64,000 nucleotides of DNA from an uncultured Verrucomicrobiae bacterium (GCA_963788655.1 CAWBHS010000023.1:1-64000), one strand, 5' to 3'. Positions 45,747 through 56,495 are shown, counted from the first letter of the stretch. Notes: generated from the sequence alone by a model not told the origin. Program-made: numbers and translations.

Positions 45747-47117
45747 ATGACCTTAACGGAAAAGATCCTGGCTCGGGCTTCCGGCAAAAACCGGGTGCAG
45801 GCTGGCGAAAATGTCTGGGTAAACGCTGATATTTTGATGACGCACGATGTTTGCGGACCCGGCACGATTGGCGTGTTTAAACGCGAATTTGGCAAGACCG
45901 CCAAAGTCTGGGACCGCAATAGGGTGGTTATCATTCCGGATCACTACATTTTCACGGCCGATTCGAAATCCAATCGGAACGTGGACATTTTGCGGGAATT
46001 CGTGGCTGAGCAGGATATCCCGTATTTCTACGATGTGATCGATGATCCGAAGGGCAAGTGGGTGTTTGATGCCGCCAAAGGCATGCTGAACCGCCAATAC
46101 GGATCCCATTACGCGGGGGTCTGCCATACCGCGCTGCCTCAGAAGGGTCACACGCGTCCGGGCGAAGTCTTGTTTGGAACCGATTCCCATACCTGCATGG
46201 CGGGGGCGTTCAATGAATTTGCCACGGGCATCGGCAACACCGACGCCGGTTTTGTCATGGGGACCGGCAAACTCTTGCTCAAGGTGCCGGAAACCATGCA
46301 CTTCCGACTCGAAGGCCAACTCCAGCCCGGCGTCATGGCCAAGGATATTGTGCTGCATGTCATTGGCGAAATCGGTTTTGACGGAGCCACTTACCGCGCG
46401 ATGCAATTTGATGGCCCCGGCGCAGCGAATCTCGCCATGGACGACCGCATGACCATCGCCAACATGGCCATCGAAGCGGGGGGCAAGAATGGCATTTTTG
46501 AATTTGACGCGCAGACCAAGGCTTATGTGGATTACCGCTGCAAGTTGAACGGCACCAAAGCCACCTACGATCCGGTCGAGCACGATCCAGACGAGAAGTT
46601 TGTCTATGAACTGACGGTGGACCTTAGCAAGCTGGAACCGACCGTTGCCTGCCATCCGGATCCGGGACAGCGCAAACTGGCCAAAGAACTGCAAAACATT
46701 AAGTTGGACCGGGCCTATATCGGCTCCTGCACCGGCGGCAAGACCAGTGACTTTCTCGAATTTGCCGAAGTCCTCCGCGGCCGGCGAGTAGTGATTGACA
46801 CGTTTGGTGTGCCCGCGACCCCGGAAATCGTTCATGACCTCCAGACCGCCCGTTGGGGGGACAAAACCATTTGGGAACTATTGGTGGAATCAGGGGTGCA
46901 GATGACTGAAAACGCCGGTTGTGCGGCGTGTTTGGGCGGGCCGGTGGACACCTTTGGCCGTATGAACGCTCCGTTGAAGTGCATCAGCGCCACGAACCGC
47001 AACTTTCCAGGCCGAATGGGGCACAAGGAATCCCAAGTCTTCCTGGCTTCGCCGGCCACCGTCGCGGCCAGTGCCCTCACCGGTCACATCACTGATCCGC
47101 GAGAATATTTGAGATGA
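45747..47117 (+). CDS. leuC: 3-isopropylmalate dehydratase / homoaconitase large subunit
   Basis: MTLTEKILA, HDVCG, PDH, GTDSHT, GSCTGG, CAACLG and TNRNFPGRMG aconitase-family motifs. Confidence 0.88.
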   Translation: MTLTEKILARASGKNRVQAGENVWVNADILMTHDVCGPGTIGVFKREFGKTAKVWDRNRVVIIPDHYIFTADSKSNRNVDILREFVAEQDIPYFYDVIDDPKGKWVFDAAKGMLNRQYGSHYAGVCHTALPQKGHTRPGEVLFGTDSHTCMAGAFNEFATGIGNTDAGFVMGTGKLLLKVPETMHFRLEGQLQPGVMAKDIVLHVIGEIGFDGATYRAMQFDGPGAANLAMDDRMTIANMAIEAGGKNGIFEFDAQTKAYVDYRCKLNGTKATYDPVEHDPDEKFVYELTVDLSKLEPTVACHPDPGQRKLAKELQNIKLDRAYIGSCTGGKTSDFLEFAEVLRGRRVVIDTFGVPATPEIVHDLQTARWGDKTIWELLVESGVQMTENAGCAACLGGPVDTFGRMNAPLKCISATNRNFPGRMGHKESQVFLASPATVAASALTGHITDPREYLR

Positions 47118-47181
47118 GGCTGGATGGGCAAATGCCAAGGAGTCCGCTGAAGAAACCAATGCACCATTCTCCCCAACCGAA

Positions 47182-49110
47182 ATGATGGATCAGGAACGAG
47201 TGGACAAGTGGTGCGCCAAGGGCGTCCTGGGTCTCGTTCTGGCGATTCTGATTTACACGCCCTTGGCGACCGGCGCCGTCCGGCCTCAGGATTTCGTGGT
47301 GGTGGAATGGCTGACCGTGGCGCTGCTGGCCGTGTGGAGCGTCCGCTTCCTGGTAAATCCCAAGCACCGCCTGCTGTGGGCCCCGGTCTGCTGGGCGATT
47401 CTGCTATTTGTAATTTATGCGGTGGGACGCTCTACCCAGGCTGACATTGAATTCATTGCCCGCCAGGAAATGATTCGCGTGCTGGTGTATGCGGTTTTGT
47501 TTTACGCGATCCTAACGAACCTGCACAAGCAAAGCGCCACCCAATTCGTGGCCATTACCTTGATTGTGTTGGCGGCGGGCATCTCGATGTATGCCATCGC
47601 GCAGTTCCTGACCGAATCGAATCACGTCTGGGGTTTCGTCCGCCCGGCGGGTTACGCCAAACGGGGATCGGGCACCTTCATCTCGCCCAACAGCTTGGCC
47701 GGTTATTTGGAAATGATTTTGCCGTTGGGATTGGCCTACACGCTTACCGGCCGCTTCGAACACGTGACCAAGGTAATCCTGGGCTACTGCTCCTTGATGA
47801 TTTTCGGCGGCATCGCCGTGACCGTTTCCCGCGGAGGCTGGCTGGCGACGGGGCTGATGCTCATGGTGTTCTTTTTCTGGTTGATCCGGCAGCGCGGCTA
47901 TCGTATGCAAGCGGTCTTGCTGCTCGTCACCCTGGTGATTATTGGAGCGGTTTTCTTCTACAAAGCCAGCTTGTCCAAGAACCGCAACGACAGTCTCTCC
48001 GTGGCCGTGCAGATGGAGGACATTCGCTTCAAGCTGTGGGCTCCGGCGATGGCAATGTGGCACGACCATTTTTGGTGGGGTGTCGGGCCCGCGCACTTCG
48101 ATTATCGCTTTCGAGAATACCGTCCCGCGGACGATCAACTCCAGATCCGTCCCGACCGGGTCCATAACGATTATTTGAACACGCTGGTGGATTGGGGCCT
48201 GGTCGGCGGCGTGCTGGTGGCAGCCATTTGGATCATTTTCTATTGGGAAGTGTTTCGAAGCTGGAAATATGTGCAGCGAGCCCCCAACGACCTGACCACC
48301 AAGCGGAGCAACAAGACCTCGCTGGTGATGGGCGCTTCCCTGGGATTATTGGCCATTTTGTTCCATTCGATTGTCGATTTCAACATGCATATTCCCGCGA
48401 ATGCCCTGGTGGTAGTGACGTTGATGGCGCTGGTTACCGGACATTTCCGGTTTGCGACGGAGCGGTATTGGATCACGGTGCATTGGCCGTTGCGCATCCT
48501 GGTGCTGCTGATTCTGTGGGGGACTGGGGGCTACCTTGGCTGGCAAGCTTGGCAACGCACGCGGGAAGTCTATTGGCTCGAAAAAGCCGAGGCGTCCGCG
48601 GTAAATCCTCCGGCACAAATTCAGGATTTGGAACGAGCCTTTGCCGTCGAGCCCAAGAACTTCAACACGGCTTACCAAATCGGAGAAAGCTATCGCCGGC
48701 AAAGCTGGGAGGGCCATGAGGACTACCGCGAACTCGCCCAGCAAGCGCTGCCATGGTACCAACGCGGGACGGAACTCAATCCTTACGATCCCTATAATTT
48801 CCTACGCTATGGCATGTGTTTGGATTGGCTGGGCGAACATGAAAAAGCTGCTTCCTATTTCCAGTCCGCCCGGAAACTTGATCCCAACAACTACTATATT
48901 CTCGCCAACGTCGGCTGGCATTATGTGCAGGTGGCGGAAGCTGCCGACGGCGATCCGGATGAAAAACGGATCGAATACCAGAAAGCCAAAACCCTTTTTG
49001 ACCAATCGCTGCGGTTGAAATGGTCCACCAACAATGTCATCGCCCATGCCTATCTGCGCATCGCGTCGCAGAAGTTGCAGGACCTGAATCGAGGGAGAGT
49101 CAACCGCTAA
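47182..49110 (+). CDS. O-antigen ligase (Wzy_C) family membrane protein with C-terminal TPRs
   Basis: Multiple TMs; GTFISPN, SRGGW, GVGP, HNDYL and HSIVDFNMHIP; TPR-like tail. Confidence 0.88.
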   Translation: MMDQERVDKWCAKGVLGLVLAILIYTPLATGAVRPQDFVVVEWLTVALLAVWSVRFLVNPKHRLLWAPVCWAILLFVIYAVGRSTQADIEFIARQEMIRVLVYAVLFYAILTNLHKQSATQFVAITLIVLAAGISMYAIAQFLTESNHVWGFVRPAGYAKRGSGTFISPNSLAGYLEMILPLGLAYTLTGRFEHVTKVILGYCSLMIFGGIAVTVSRGGWLATGLMLMVFFFWLIRQRGYRMQAVLLLVTLVIIGAVFFYKASLSKNRNDSLSVAVQMEDIRFKLWAPAMAMWHDHFWWGVGPAHFDYRFREYRPADDQLQIRPDRVHNDYLNTLVDWGLVGGVLVAAIWIIFYWEVFRSWKYVQRAPNDLTTKRSNKTSLVMGASLGLLAILFHSIVDFNMHIPANALVVVTLMALVTGHFRFATERYWITVHWPLRILVLLILWGTGGYLGWQAWQRTREVYWLEKAEASAVNPPAQIQDLERAFAVEPKNFNTAYQIGESYRRQSWEGHEDYRELAQQALPWYQRGTELNPYDPYNFLRYGMCLDWLGEHEKAASYFQSARKLDPNNYYILANVGWHYVQVAEAADGDPDEKRIEYQKAKTLFDQSLRLKWSTNNVIAHAYLRIASQKLQDLNRGRVNR

Positions 49111-49193
49111 GATTGGCGAAACAGGAACGAGAGGCAGCGTTTATGCTGTCACTAATTCGGAAATTGAAAATGTGCAAAGTTGTGAATATTCAA

Positions 49194-49221
49194 TTGACAA
49201 GACCGGTCAGTTTCCTAGATT
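49194..49221 (+). promoter_or_regulatory. Putative sigma70 promoter for the FecR gene
   Basis: TTGACA-N16-TAGATT about 45 bp upstream of ATG 49266. Confidence 0.5.
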
Positions 49222-49265
49222 TCGCTGATTGTGTTGGTTACGAACGTGGATCGGAGAGAACATTT

Positions 49266-50045
49266 ATGAAATTAGCAAAACGCTTTACGCAACAACTGGT
49301 GACCTTGAGTGTCCCAATTCTGGCCATTGTTTTGGCCACGACCCTTAATGCCCAAACGCAACCTGGCAAAGCCAAAGTTCAGGCTATAGCCGGATCCGCA
49401 GTCTTTTCGGTCGGCGGTGGCCCTGCGGTGCCCTTGAAAGTTGGCACCATCCTTGATCAGGGTGCCACCATCAGGACCGCCAAAGATTCGACGGTTGATC
49501 TGTTCCTCGGTCGCAGCGCGGGCGTGGTGCGCGTCGTCGAGAACACCACCCTGTCTTTGGATAAACTGGCCTTGATCGACACCGGAGCGGATACGGTGGT
49601 GGACATTCAACTCAATCTGCCGGAAGGCACCATGCTGTTTAATGTCGAGAAGCTATCGGCGGCATCGAAGTACGAGATTAAAATCCCCAACGGCGTGGCC
49701 GGGATACGCGGCACCAAAGGCCGGATCAATTCGGCCGCGTTCATCGTCCTCCGGGAAGGCCGCTTCGTATTTGTTTATGTGCCGCCGGGTGGTGGCCAAC
49801 CGCGTCCTTATACCTTGGTGGCTCCGCCCGTGGTGTATTTTACCCCCGTCGAAGGCGTGAAACCGGCCCCGCCCGAATTGGTCCGGGAAATAAACAATCA
49901 ATTCGAAGGCTTGGGCACGGGCAAACCAGAGCACGCAGTGAGGCCTCCTCATGGGAGAGCGGTGGAAAACAAGGTAATTGGGAACGCTCGCAGCCCGCAA
50001 GACCAAGAGATAGAACCGGTTGTATCCCCCACTAATCCCAATTAA
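49266..50045 (+). CDS. FecR-domain secreted protein
   Basis: Signal peptide; IRTAKDSTVDL, G.M.F.VEK and IKIPNGVAGIRGT FecR motifs. Confidence 0.85.
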   Translation: MKLAKRFTQQLVTLSVPILAIVLATTLNAQTQPGKAKVQAIAGSAVFSVGGGPAVPLKVGTILDQGATIRTAKDSTVDLFLGRSAGVVRVVENTTLSLDKLALIDTGADTVVDIQLNLPEGTMLFNVEKLSAASKYEIKIPNGVAGIRGTKGRINSAAFIVLREGRFVFVYVPPGGGQPRPYTLVAPPVVYFTPVEGVKPAPPELVREINNQFEGLGTGKPEHAVRPPHGRAVENKVIGNARSPQDQEIEPVVSPTNPN

Positions 50046-50080
50046 AGTTGGACTAGGACCACCGGCTCAATTAATTGAAC

Positions 50081-50118
50081 GGCCCGAAGCATGCTGAAGC
50101 AGCTTCGGGCCTTTTGTT
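50081..50118 (+). terminator. Rho-independent terminator-like hairpin
   Basis: ggcccgaagc...gcttcgggcc followed by ttttgttt. Confidence 0.7.
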
Positions 50119-50129
50119 TAACCCTCTAC

Positions 50130-52251
50130 ATGAAGCTTGAACCGCCCAGATTGATCCCCAGCCTCATCTGCCTGGGGATCATCGGCGCGGGTCTGCTGTT
50201 GCAAGCGTTGCCGCATTGGGCGCCTGGTTTTGACCTGTTCCGGCGCTTGGAGTGGATCACTTACGACTGGCGGATGAAGCAGGCCTGTGCGCATTCATCG
50301 GCGGAAGCGACTTCCCTGGGCGCGGTCTTGATCGACGAAGAGAGCCTGACTTACATCAACAGGCAACTCGGCTTTCAATGGCCCTGGCCACGGCAATATT
50401 ACGGGCGGCTGGTCAAACTGTTGAAGGGACAAGGCGCCCAGGCCATCGGGTTCGACATTCTCTTCAGCGAACTGCATCCTCCGAATCCCCAGGCCAGTTA
50501 CAAGCGTCCAGATGGCACGCTGGTTGATTCGGACGAATACTTTGCTCAGCAGTTGCAGGCCGCCGGAAACGTCACGCTGGGAGTCATGAGCGAGACCTCC
50601 GGCGATCACTGGGTACCCCTCATGCCGGCGGATGTTTTTCGCACCAACGCCTGGAGCGTGGGACACATCAGCAGCGAGAAAGACTCCGACGGTGTGCTGC
50701 GGCGGGTCCAAGGCGTTCCATGACGATCCACGATACGGTCGCATCTGGCATCTGGGCATTGTGATGGCAGCCCGGGCCTTGGGCGTGGATTTGTCCCAAG
50801 CTCAGGTGGAACCGAACCGGATCGTCTTGCGCGGCACCAATGGTCGCGAACGGATCATTCCCATGGACGACGAGGGCTACTTGCTGATCAATTGGCAACT
50901 GACCTGGAACGACAAACGCATTACCCGGAGTTCCTTTGCCGAAATGGCGGGCCTGAAGCCCGGGGCGGGCCAGCCACTCGACTGGCATCAGAAATTGGTG
51001 TTCGTAGGTTCCATCCTGGCCGGCAATAACGTGGGCGACGTGGGCCCCACTTCACTCAGCAAAGAAACCTACCTGGTCAGCACCCACTGGAATGTGGCCC
51101 AGTCGATCCTCACTGGACAATTTGTCCATCCGCCACCTGCATGGTTGGCGTATGCCCTTATCATTGGCCTTGGCTTGTTCTCTGCGTTGGTCACCTGGAG
51201 CTTGCGGCCTCCATGGTCCACGGCCGTGGTCGTGCTGAGCGTGCTGGCCGTCGGCGCTCTGTCTGCGTGGTTGTTTGTCGAATTCCGGTTTTGGCTGCCG
51301 TTGGTCGTACCGCTGGGGATGGCCTTGGGGATGAACCACGTCGGACTGGTCACGTACCAGGTAACATTTGAGCGCCAGGAAAGACGCCGGGTGAAAAATG
51401 TCTTCACGAAATTGGTTTCCCCCAACGTCGTCAATGAATTGTTGAAAGCCAAGGCCATTAATCTCGGCGGTTCCCGCCGCCAAATCACGGTGATGTTTGC
51501 CGACGTTCGCGGATTCACCGAATTCACCGACGACATCCAGGCCAACGCTGAGTTATACGTATATCAGCACAACCTGACGGGAGCAGCCGCGGAGGCCTAT
51601 TTCAACGAGCAAGCCCAGTTGACGCTGGACACCGTCAATCCCTACATGTCGCTGATTGCCGACCAGGTGAAGACGCATAACGGCACCCTGGACAAATACA
51701 TTGGCGACTGCGTCATGGCGTACTGGGGCATGCCGACGCCCAATGAGCAACATGCGCTGTGGTGCGTGCGGGCGGCGATTGCGTCCCATCGGGCCATTCA
51801 CGAGTTTAACCTCCAACGCCGCCGCGAGAACCAGCAACGTGAACTGGAAAACGCGGCCCGCATCGCCGCCGGGCTGCCCCCGTTGTTGCCGCACCCGCTG
51901 TTGGCGCTCGGCACCGGCATCAACACCGGCGTGGTCATCGTGGGATTGATGGGTTCCGACGCGCACATCTTGAACTACACGGTTTTCGGCCGCGATGTGA
52001 ATTTGGCCAGCCGACTCGAGGGCGTCTCCGGTCGCAGCCGGATTGTGGTGGGGGAAATGACCTACCGCGACTTGCTGCGCGATGATCCCGCACTGGCCCA
52101 AACCTGCCGCCAACTTGAGCCCGTCATCCTGAAGGGCATTCGCGGCCGCGTGAAACTCTACGAAGTGCCTTGGCAGATCGGTTTTGAAGTCTCCTTCGAT
52201 GCCGAAATGACCTGTTCCCAAGTCAGCGCTTCACTTCCCGAAACGGGGTAG
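50130..52251 (+). CDS. CHASE2-domain class III adenylate cyclase (one +1 frameshift ~50709)
   Basis: WPWPR, IGFDILF, DSDGVLRR, three TMs; cyclase motifs MFADVRGF, DKYIGD and NYTVFGRDVNLASRLE. Confidence 0.9.
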
Positions 52252-52277
52252 CCCGCATTCCCCACCCCGATCTGGGG

Positions 52278-53741
52278 TTACGCCGGCGCCTGGACGGGGT
52301 TGCCAGCCGAGGCGTTCATATCTTCCTTGCGTTGGCGCAGGCTGCGGAAGAATTCCCAACCCTCCCGGCAGCGGCGCACGAACACATCCTTGTCCTCGAG
52401 CATGGTGCGGATGATGCGCAAGATCGGTTTGGGACGCAGGTAATAGGCGCGATAAAAACGGTCCACGGCTTCGAAGATTTCCTCTTTGCTCAAGTCCGGA
52501 TACTCCAGCGAGGAATGCTGAAAACCGTCTTGATAAATAATGTCCGTCTTGTCTTTCTTGGAAAACCAGCCGTTGAGGCGGGCCTGTTCGTACAACTCGG
52601 TACCCGGATACGGGGCGGCCAGCGAAACTTGAATGCTGAACACGTCCAGTTCCTGGGCAAAACGGATCGTCTGCTCGACCGTCTCCTTGGTTTCCACCGG
52701 CAGGCCCAGCACGAACGTGCCGTGAATGACCACGCCCGCCTGGCGGCATGCCCGCGTGAAACGCCGCATTTCCTCGAGCGTGACGCCCTTCTTGATGTTG
52801 TTCAGGATTTGGGCGTTACCACTCTCGTAACCGACCAGAAACAACCGCAGACCGCAGTCTTTGAAAGACTTGATCGTGTCATAATCCAGATTGGCGCGGC
52901 TGTTGCACGACCACGTCAGCCCCAGGGGCGCAAGGCGTTTGGCAATTTCGCGAGCGCGCGGCAGATTGGCCGTGAAGGTGTCATCATCGAAGAAGAATTC
53001 TTTTACGCGCGGGAAGAGCTGCTTCATGTACGCCATCTCGTCAGCCACGTTTTGCGGAGAACGCACGCGGTAACGGTGGCCACCGATCGTCTGCGGCCAC
53101 AGGCAAAACGTACATTGAGCCGGACAACCGCGGCCGGTGTACATGCTGACGTAGGGGTGCAACAGGTAACCGATGAAATACTTCTCGATGTCGAGGTCGC
53201 GTTTGTAAGTATCCGCCACCCACGGCAACCGATCCATGTCGGTGATCAATTCCCGCTCGGGATTGTGAACGATCTTGCCGTCTTGATTGCGGTACGAAAG
53301 CCCGGCGACGCTTTCCAGGGACCGGCCTTCGGCCACTTCCTTGCAGGTAAAATCAAATTCCTTGCGGCCCACCCAGTCAATGGCTTGCGAGGCCTTGAGG
53401 GTTTCGGTGGGCAATACCGCGGCGTGTGCCCCGACAAATCCGATGGTCGTGTCCGGCTTCTGCTGCTTGATGGCTTCGGCCACCTTGCAGTCATTACGCA
53501 ACGAGGGGGTGGACGTGTGAATGACGACGTGCTCGTAGGCTTTCGCCTCGGCCAGGCACTGGTTGATGTCAATGTCGTGTGGCGGACAATCCATCAGCCG
53601 GCTGTCCGGCACGAGCGCCGCCGGTTGCGCCAACCAGGTGGGATACCAGTAACTGGTGACCTCGCGGCGGGCTTGGTAACGGGAACCGGCGCCGCCGTCG
53701 AAGCCGTCGTAGGAAGGGGGCGAAAGAAACAGGGTTTTCAT
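52278..53741 (-). CDS. hpnJ: Hopanoid biosynthesis-associated radical SAM protein HpnJ
   Basis: MKTLFLSPPSYDGFDGGAGSRYQA..WYPTWLAQP; GRGCPAQCTFCLWPQ; near hpnH. Confidence 0.92.
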   Translation of the reverse strand: MKTLFLSPPSYDGFDGGAGSRYQARREVTSYWYPTWLAQPAALVPDSRLMDCPPHDIDINQCLAEAKAYEHVVIHTSTPSLRNDCKVAEAIKQQKPDTTIGFVGAHAAVLPTETLKASQAIDWVGRKEFDFTCKEVAEGRSLESVAGLSYRNQDGKIVHNPERELITDMDRLPWVADTYKRDLDIEKYFIGYLLHPYVSMYTGRGCPAQCTFCLWPQTIGGHRYRVRSPQNVADEMAYMKQLFPRVKEFFFDDDTFTANLPRAREIAKRLAPLGLTWSCNSRANLDYDTIKSFKDCGLRLFLVGYESGNAQILNNIKKGVTLEEMRRFTRACRQAGVVIHGTFVLGLPVETKETVEQTIRFAQELDVFSIQVSLAAPYPGTELYEQARLNGWFSKKDKTDIIYQDGFQHSSLEYPDLSKEEIFEAVDRFYRAYYLRPKPILRIIRTMLEDKDVFVRRCREGWEFFRSLRQRKEDMNASAGNPVQAPA

Positions 53742-53754
53742 AGTGGTCAGGGAT

Positions 53755-54003
53755 TCAATTGCCGATGGTGGGCAGCCGCCCAAACGGGGTAATCAGGTTG
53801 ACAATGATGCACAGGAGCGATGCCGTCAAGCCCGCGCCCGCGCCCGCGAGTGGCGCCAGGGAATTCCACCGTTGCGCCAACAACACATAAACGGCGGTGG
53901 CCAACAGGATGCCGGTGCAAACCGTCACGGCGGTCAACTTCAGCCACGGTGCCCAACATATCACCCGCCGTCCGTTGCGTTTGCCCACGAGGGTAATGTG
54001 CAT
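53755..54003 (-). CDS. Small two-TM hypothetical membrane protein
   Basis: 82-aa ORF filling the gap between hpnH and hpnJ, with two hydrophobic segments. Confidence 0.55.
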   Translation of the reverse strand: MHITLVGKRNGRRVICWAPWLKLTAVTVCTGILLATAVYVLLAQRWNSLAPLAGAGAGLTASLLCIIVNLITPFGRLPTIGN

Positions 54004-54011
54004 GAAACCGC

Positions 54012-55373
54012 TCAGGAGATCTTCTTGGCCGCGATCTTCGCCAACAATTCATCGCGTTGGGAGGCGTCTCCGGCGCCGCAGCCCGAACTGCCGGTGGGCA
54101 GGTGGGCTGGATTAATCGCGGCCCGGGCTTCGGCAAGATGGCCTTTGCCGATGGAGAATCCGTTGAGGGCCTTCACCTGGAGTCCGTCCACGTACGGCTT
54201 GGGTTTAGCCCCGAAGTTGTATTTGACGTTCTTCCAGGTGTCGCCGCGCTGATAGTTGGTGCCCAGCGCGCCGCTGGGATCGTAGCCGCAGTGGACCATG
54301 CAATTCTCACAGCGCGGATCGCGCGCCACGCCGTCCACCACGCCGTATTTGTCCCAATCCACCTGCTCGAGCATTTCCTGATAGCTGGCATAATGGCCGT
54401 CGGTCATCAGGTAACACGGCGCCTTCCAGCCCCGGATGTTGCGCGTGGGAATGGCCCAGGCTGTGCAGGTCAATTCGCGTTTGCCGGCCAGGAATTCCTG
54501 ATAAACTGGCGTGCCGAATATCGTGTAGTGATCACCCCAGTCGAGAATGTTGGCAAACTTCTGTTTGGTCATTTCGCGGGTCAGGAAGAAGTCTTCCGGT
54601 TTCCGGCCGAGGCGTTTGGTCATGTCTTTCTTGGCGGCGTCATAGTCATAACCGGGCGAAATCGTGTGGCCATCGACTTCCATGGCGGAAAAATACTGGA
54701 ACATCTGCTCGATCTCCCGCATGTCGGTTTCTTTGTAAACCGTCGTGTTGGTCGCCACCTGGTAACCGAGCATTTTCGCCATGCGGATGGCCGCCACGCA
54801 TTCCTTGAAGACGCCTTCCCGCTCGACGATCAGGTCATGCGTGTATTCCAAACCGTCCACGTGGACGTTCCAATACATCCATTGCGTGGGCTGGATCACC
54901 GGTCGGTGGTCGGACTTGCCCTTGCGAATCGTTTCCCGGTCTTTTTCCGAGATCAGGTTTTCCCGGAGCAGCGCCTCAAGCTTGGGTTCGAGCGCCGTGG
55001 AGTAAATGCTGGCCAGGTAGTCCTTGAGCTTCTTGCGCATGAACACGCCGTTCGTGCAGATGTAAACGATCCGGCGCTGTTCCAGCAGACCGGCCACCAG
55101 TTCCTCGATCTTGGGATAGATCAGCGGTTCGCCCCCGCACACGGACACCATTGGAGCGTCGCAGTCCTCGGCGGCCGCCAGGCAGTCTTCGAGGCTCATT
55201 ACATCTTTGAGGCTGGTGGAATATTCACGAATGCGACCGCAACCGGTACACGTCAAGTTGCAGGTGTGTAAGGGCTCAAGCTGCAGGACCAAGGCGAATT
55301 TGGGAGTGCGCCGCAGTTTGTGCTTAATGATGTGCCCGGCGATTTTCGCCGTCAGCGCCAAAGGAAATCGCAT
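54012..55373 (-). CDS. hpnH: Adenosylhopane-forming radical SAM protein HpnH (DUF3463)
   Basis: LVLQLEPLHTCNLTCTGCG, GGEPL, CTNG, PTRNIRGWKAPCYL and DPRCENCMVHCGY. Confidence 0.88.
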   Translation of the reverse strand: MRFPLALTAKIAGHIIKHKLRRTPKFALVLQLEPLHTCNLTCTGCGRIREYSTSLKDVMSLEDCLAAAEDCDAPMVSVCGGEPLIYPKIEELVAGLLEQRRIVYICTNGVFMRKKLKDYLASIYSTALEPKLEALLRENLISEKDRETIRKGKSDHRPVIQPTQWMYWNVHVDGLEYTHDLIVEREGVFKECVAAIRMAKMLGYQVATNTTVYKETDMREIEQMFQYFSAMEVDGHTISPGYDYDAAKKDMTKRLGRKPEDFFLTREMTKQKFANILDWGDHYTIFGTPVYQEFLAGKRELTCTAWAIPTRNIRGWKAPCYLMTDGHYASYQEMLEQVDWDKYGVVDGVARDPRCENCMVHCGYDPSGALGTNYQRGDTWKNVKYNFGAKPKPYVDGLQVKALNGFSIGKGHLAEARAAINPAHLPTGSSGCGAGDASQRDELLAKIAAKKIS

Positions 55374-55378
55374 AGAGT

Positions 55379-55591
55379 TCAGGGGTTCCGGGACGCGCCG
55401 CTAGCCGGCGTCGCAATTATCCCAACGGGTGGTGAAGCTGGTTGCGGGACCGGGGCTTGCAGGACCAGTCCCGGCAAGAAGAACGAAGCCGGAGAAATGC
55501 TGTGCGATGCGTTGATACCGCTGCACCCCGAATTGAGGAGCCCGAGTACCAGACCCGCGGCCAAACATAGCATTTTCCAACTCAAACTCAC
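55379..55591 (-). CDS. Small putative lipoprotein
   Basis: Hydrophobic stretch plus NSGC lipobox-like motif; ends 5 bp before hpnH. Confidence 0.5.
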   Translation of the reverse strand: MSLSWKMLCLAAGLVLGLLNSGCSGINASHSISPASFFLPGLVLQAPVPQPASPPVGIIATPASGASRNP

Positions 55592-55618
55592 GGTGTTAGT
55601 ATAGATTTCGAAGCAACA

Positions 55619-56488
55619 ATGGCAACAGCTATTTCAAAAAAGTCGATTATTGTGACTATTAGCAAAAAACCGGTCCAGAACGGGTTGCGGACAACTTCCA
55701 AGTGGCTGCTCCTGGCCGCCGGCCTGGTGGGCTCGGCGCTTGGCGGTTTCGGCGGCGACGCTTATTCGGAAAATGCCCCAGCCTCCGTCATCACCGCCGC
55801 CCGCGAACGGGCCACCGAAGCCTATCAGGAAACGCGGAAGCGCTATCAAATTGCAAACGCCACCCCGGAAGCGGCCTGGCAATTTGCCCGGGCCTGCTTC
55901 GACGAAGCGGATCTGGCCACCAGCAACGCCGAACGCGCCCGGCTGGCGCAGGAAGGCATCACGGCGGCTCAAAAGGCGATTGATGTCGATCCAAAACTGG
56001 GAGCGGCCTACTACTACCGCGGCCTAAACCAAGGCCAATTGGCGCGGACGAAGAAGCTGAGCGCACTGGGTTTGCTCGACGATATTGAACAGTCTTGGAC
56101 CCAGGCCATGGCCCTGTCGCCGGACTTCGATTATGCCGGTCCGCACCGTTCCCTGGGGATACTCTATCGGGACGCTCCGGGTTGGCCCTTGAGCCTTGGA
56201 AGCCGCACCAAAGCCCGACAACATTTGGAAAAGGCAGTAAAACTGGCCCCCACCTATCCGGATAACGTCATCAGCCTGCTGGAGAGCTATTTGGAATGGG
56301 GCGACAGGCAAGCGGTCCAAACCCGGATGGATGCCGCCACGAAAGTCCTGGCGACCGCGCGCACGGTGTTCACCGGCAAAGCGTGGGAGCTGAGCTGGTA
56401 TGACTGGAACCATCGCTGGGCAGCCATCCAAGCGAAAGCGGCGGTCAATCCGCCCAAAACTCTCAAAAGCCCACGCGAACGGGATTGA
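55619..56488 (+). CDS. TPR protein, TatT-like (TRAP-associated family)
   Basis: Helical repeats; DYAGPHRSLGILYRDAPGWPLSLGS..KARQHLEKAV. Confidence 0.65.
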   Translation: MATAISKKSIIVTISKKPVQNGLRTTSKWLLLAAGLVGSALGGFGGDAYSENAPASVITAARERATEAYQETRKRYQIANATPEAAWQFARACFDEADLATSNAERARLAQEGITAAQKAIDVDPKLGAAYYYRGLNQGQLARTKKLSALGLLDDIEQSWTQAMALSPDFDYAGPHRSLGILYRDAPGWPLSLGSRTKARQHLEKAVKLAPTYPDNVISLLESYLEWGDRQAVQTRMDAATKVLATARTVFTGKAWELSWYDWNHRWAAIQAKAAVNPPKTLKSPRERD

Positions 56489-56495
56489 GGCGGCT

